From NCBI GenBank assembly GCA_964234715.1, contig OZ174284.1: a stretch of 64,000 nucleotides of DNA; one strand, written 5' to 3'. The notes under the pieces are model-generated. The model did no database searches, was not told the origin of the DNA, and saw nothing but the letters and a program-made list of their open reading frames with translations. The position numbers and the translations under genes were made by a program. Source of the DNA: Podarcis melisellensis. Lineage: Eukaryota. Shown here piece after piece: positions 59,968 to 64,000 of this stretch (its first letter is position 1; every line of letters begins with the position of its first letter).

Positions 59968-62900
59968 CTTTTTCTGGAGGCTGCAGAGGGGACAGGGTGA
60001 TGTGCTTTGGGATGCAGGTACACAGCCCTATCTGGAGATCTGGGAGGATAAAACTCTGCCCCAAGGGGTCAATAGGACTACTACCAGCAGCTTAAGTGCT
60101 TGATCATGCAGGAGGATGGGGGTGCAGGAACTACTGATGTGCAGCTGGGGCAAGACCTGTTGCTCAAAGAGTGCCAACTTGGTCCCATGACTGTGGGTGC
60201 CTGGGACCATGGGTGCCATGCAGAGTTCATGGGTGCTCAGCCTCTTGATGGGAAATATTTGTGTGTGCTCAGGCACCCAGGGCCCCAGGGATTTGGCACC
60301 TATGCTCAAAGACTTAGTTTGGCCTCAAGTGAGGAGACTGCCCAGTGAAATAACTCAGGAGCTAGTGGAAGCTGGTAGTACAACTGACTTAAACTGACTT
60401 CTGTTTCACCACCTAGTGAGAGAAGAAGGAGCAGCAGGTTGATGTTCCTTTGCTGGTGAGCCAGATGACAACTTGTCTTCTTCCAAGGTGTTTTGGAATG
60501 TGTACATGGTTTCCCACTCCTCATTTTAACCTACTGCAGAGAAAGACAGGCAGATGCAGACAAACTCAAAGTGAGTTTCATGACTGAGTGGAGATTTGAA
60601 TCTAGGGCTCCTGGTCCCACATATAAGCCACTACACCCCACGGAAAGTTCTGTTTCCTGCAGTTTATACAACGCTCTACTTCTTGACTCAGCTATTGAGG
60701 TAAAACAGCTTTGTACCAAAAAGAGGACTTGTCAAAGCACCACCTTGGCAACAATTCCCCCTTACTGTGAAGAGAACTGGAGTAGCGGAAGAGTGACAAG
60801 GACAGTGAGAGCTTCCTTTGTGTACTGATGATAATCTGTTTTCAACACTTTGCTCGGTAATTGTCCTCCAGCAACGCCATCCACTTAGAAAAGGGACTTG
60901 TTATGTAACACTTACTCCTATAATGCTGTACAAAGGCAGCTTTCTGTGGCCGATCAGAGCATGTACAGTGCATTTCTCTGTAGTTGGAAAAACTAGTATG
61001 GAGACTGCTCAGAAGAAAATAGAGCAAATGCAGTTTCTGTGGAAATAATTTCTAATTGTATAAATGTTCAGTAGGCTAAACAACAAAAGGGATAGGGCAG
61101 GACAATATTGTAAGGTACACTTGCACTGCTATTTGGTCATGCGGCTGTTTCCTTGTTGGAGAGATGGAAAGTCTTTGCGGTATTAAACAACAGAAACTGT
61201 CACGGATCAGTCCTCTCAGTCAGGACAGGGAGTAACCAAATTATTAAATGCAGTCCTTGAACTGCCCTGGGCAGCTACTGATTTACTTTGTGGGCACCTG
61301 CCAAAAGTTGGATCTCTACTTCTAAATCTCCCAACTCAGGGTTGTGCAGCTATATCATTCTGGAATGCTTTCACTCAGAATCTGGATTGATTGGTCTGGG
61401 AAATTTTGCCTCATATAAACCAGCATGCTTTGCATGAAGGGGTTAAGACAGTAGAGTATGCTGTTTTGGCTAGACTTGACTAGGTCACACCCCCTCATCC
61501 TGGGTGATGATTTCTTTGTTCACTCTCTCTTCCACCATGGCACCCCTACCAGATAGGATGTCTGAGCTTGATCGCTCCAAACTCAGACCGTGTGTTCAGA
61601 AACCTTTTTATCATATTTTGGAACACATTTATTTTGGAAGGCATTTGGTCTGTGCACTTGACTGTATGCTAGCTTTGGTGTCTGGACATTATCCAATGCT
61701 ATCTTTTCCCAGCTGCCTGCATGTGTGTTACCTTCATTGTCACCTAAAAGGTTTAATAAATAGCTGAGTGATCTATAGACTTTCTATTACCATCACCTGT
61801 AAGAAGTATATTTCCTGAAAGCAAAATATATTTGTGCAAATGTAAAGTTTATGGAAGCTGATGTTGCAGGAAGAACATTGAATAGCCTTTGATATATGCA
61901 TAATAAAGTCTCATTTACTCAAAATCCCCAGGTGTGCAGAGTATTGCAGGCTTTCTGCTGAAGCTCTTGGTCAAAATAAATGCTGACAGTTTAAATAAAA
62001 GTTCTTTTACTCACCAATCCTTTGGAAATATGGCTTACATTCCCTGGAAATGTTTTTGCGCTATTATTCTCCCTATTCTGTTTTTTCTGCTTTAGGCTAC
62101 AATCCAAAACAACAGTCCACAATATTTCTTCTGTTGCTCTTCATCCAATTTTCCAGCAGCAGTCCTTTTCACACTTACCTGGGAGTAGCCCTAATGAACT
62201 CAGTGGGACTTATTTCTGAGTAAAAATGAATAGAGCCACCACACTAGCGGCAATTCTCAGAACTCTCCATAGATTTTTCTAATTACTTCCTTTCTATTGT
62301 TTCTTTCCCCTTCTCCTTTTCCTCCCTTGAAACTATCTTAAGCAATATTTGGAAAACAAACAAATCCAGATGTTTTAGACAATCAGATTCTAACCATCCT
62401 ACTGGACACACAATACAGGGTCATAGAATTTTCAGCTACAGTTCTGTTTTACAGGTGTGCTGGAGAATGAATTTTTGTATTAGAGGACCTCGATTCTAGC
62501 ACACCTAGCTGAACTTAGAATCAGGCCCCAAGCTAATGATTCATTTTAAGAAGGTAAAAACATGGAACAGTACAGCCCTGCCGTATCAGATTAAGACCCA
62601 TCTAATCTGGCATCCACAGTGGCCAACCAGATGTCTCTGGGAAGCCCAGAAGGCAAGACATGCATGCATGTCTTATTTTAGGATGTTCCTGTGTAAAAGG
62701 TATATATACACTTTATGAGCTTCATTGTATTGCTTTTCATACGTGGGATAATATGTACTGCTTTCTTTACTCCTCCTCAATAACTCCCTTCACTTTCTAT
62801 TTGTCTGTATCCCGTATGACCCATTGTTCCATTTTAGTTCTTCGTTGGATACACACACACATAAACTGTTCCCTCCTTTGGTGTCGTTTATCCTTTTCTT

Positions 62901-63269
62901 CGTGGTTTATGGCATTATTCCCCTATTTCCTAATATAAAACAAGCTTTATTTAATTTGTAAATCCTGTTGCTCTCACTGCTTCTCCAGTGAGAGTCTGTA
63001 TTTGCTGCTGCGCTTTGTACATTCCAAGTTCAATTACCTACCTTAGCCAGATCAATTCTCAAGTGTGTAGTTAGAGTTCTTCTTGCCAGGTTCAGTTGAA
63101 GGTTGTTCCCAAGGAATACTAGGACCCCCCTTCCCCCCTTTTTTAGTTTGGAAGAAGAATTTCCCCCCTCATTTCCTGGACAGAAAAAAAAATCCTGATT
63201 GTCTACAAGATTCAGCGGTTAAGTTGACACTTCTTGTTTAAGATGTTTTTGTATGAGAGTAAACATTAC

Positions 63270-63633
63270 ACGCAAGTGGCACTGTGGTCTAAACCACTAA
63301 GCCTAGGGCTTGCCGATCAGAAGGTCGGCGGTTCGAATCCCCACGATGGGGTGAGCTCCCATTGCTCAGTCCCAGCTCCTGCCAATTTAGCAGTTCGAAA
63401 GAACACCCAAAATGCAAGTAGATAAATAGGTATCGCTCTGGCAGGAAGGTAAACGGTGTTTCCGTGTGCTGCTCTGGTTTCGCCAGAAGCGGCTCAGTCA
63501 TGCTGGCCACATGACCCGGAAGTTGTCTGCGGACAAATACCGGCTCCCTCGGCCTGAAAGCGAGATGAACGCAGCAACCCCAGAGTCGTTCGCGACTGAA
63601 CTTAACTGTCAGAGGTCCTTTACCTTTACCTTT
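63270..63633 (+). mobile_element. Sauria SINE, second copy (more diverged)
   Basis: Collinear with 53948-54311; B box GGTTCGAATCCC; ACCTTT tail; no clear TSD. Confidence 0.9.
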
Positions 63634-64000
63634 TTAAAATCATAACTGTACCCTTTGTAACAACTACCTGAAGCACTTGATACTCACTCGTCTCACTGTG
63701 CAAGATGGAGTAAGGCTAACCATTTGGAAGGGCACTCACAGAAACCAAAGTATATCAGTAGCCAGGCCTTAATGCTCCTGTTACTCAAAACTGGAGAGGG
63801 GGACATTGCCAGGGTAGACCTGCCCTTTAGCTGTTGTATGAAGAGCTTGATGGTTTTTAGTGACATGCTTGCTGCGTACAGTTGTATGTGTGAAGGCATC
63901 AATGTGACCCAGAACTCCAGTTGCACATGCTTTCCGTTTATGTAAAAGCCTTTGCTACCTAGAGCAGTCTGCATTGAAGCCCCGACGCAAGAGATGGTTG

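Noticed and set aside
59597-60103. 168-aa Gly/Glu/Arg-repeat ORF and its overlapping partners
   Set aside because: Fully explained by the 99-bp stop-free minisatellite; open in several frames on both strands.

Overview
Vertebrate genomic DNA, almost certainly a squamate and probably a lacertid lizard (inferred from Sauria SINEs with ACCTTT tails and squamate-type L2, CR1 and MITE repeats). It contains two convergent protein-coding genes in the arrangement known from other amniotes. ZDHHC17 (HIP14 palmitoyltransferase) is on the + strand, with exons 2-17 at 329-32431 and a 3' UTR to about 35.3 kb; exon 1 lies outside the window. CSRP2 (193-aa double-LIM protein) is complete on the - strand, with CDS at 43491-37908 and a non-coding exon 1, TATA box and CpG island at about 52 kb. 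All 21 coding exons were assembled by hand, with consistent splice phases and no internal stops. ZDHHC17 intron 10 is a minor-spliceosome (U12) AT-AC intron. Upstream of CSRP2 lies an intronless, poly(A)-tailed, TSD-flanked SNRPF retrocopy with an open 86-codon ORF. The rest is transposon-rich intronic and intergenic DNA, and most of the ORF track is noise. I found no evidence for a wholly new multi-gene system. The best leads are (i) ZDHHC17 intron 12, which has weak signals at both ends and whose 5' splice site can pair with its own putative branch-point region; (ii) the SNRPF retrocopy, whose left TSD differs from the right TSD at exactly the two bases that make it a perfect inverted match to the retrocopy's own 5' UTR; (iii) an 80-bp pre-miRNA-like MITE hairpin; (iv) a chain of non-coding + strand exon candidates diverging from the CSRP2 promoter; and (v) an L2 nested antisense within its own family. 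Repeat family names and comparisons to human proteins are from recall, not database searches.
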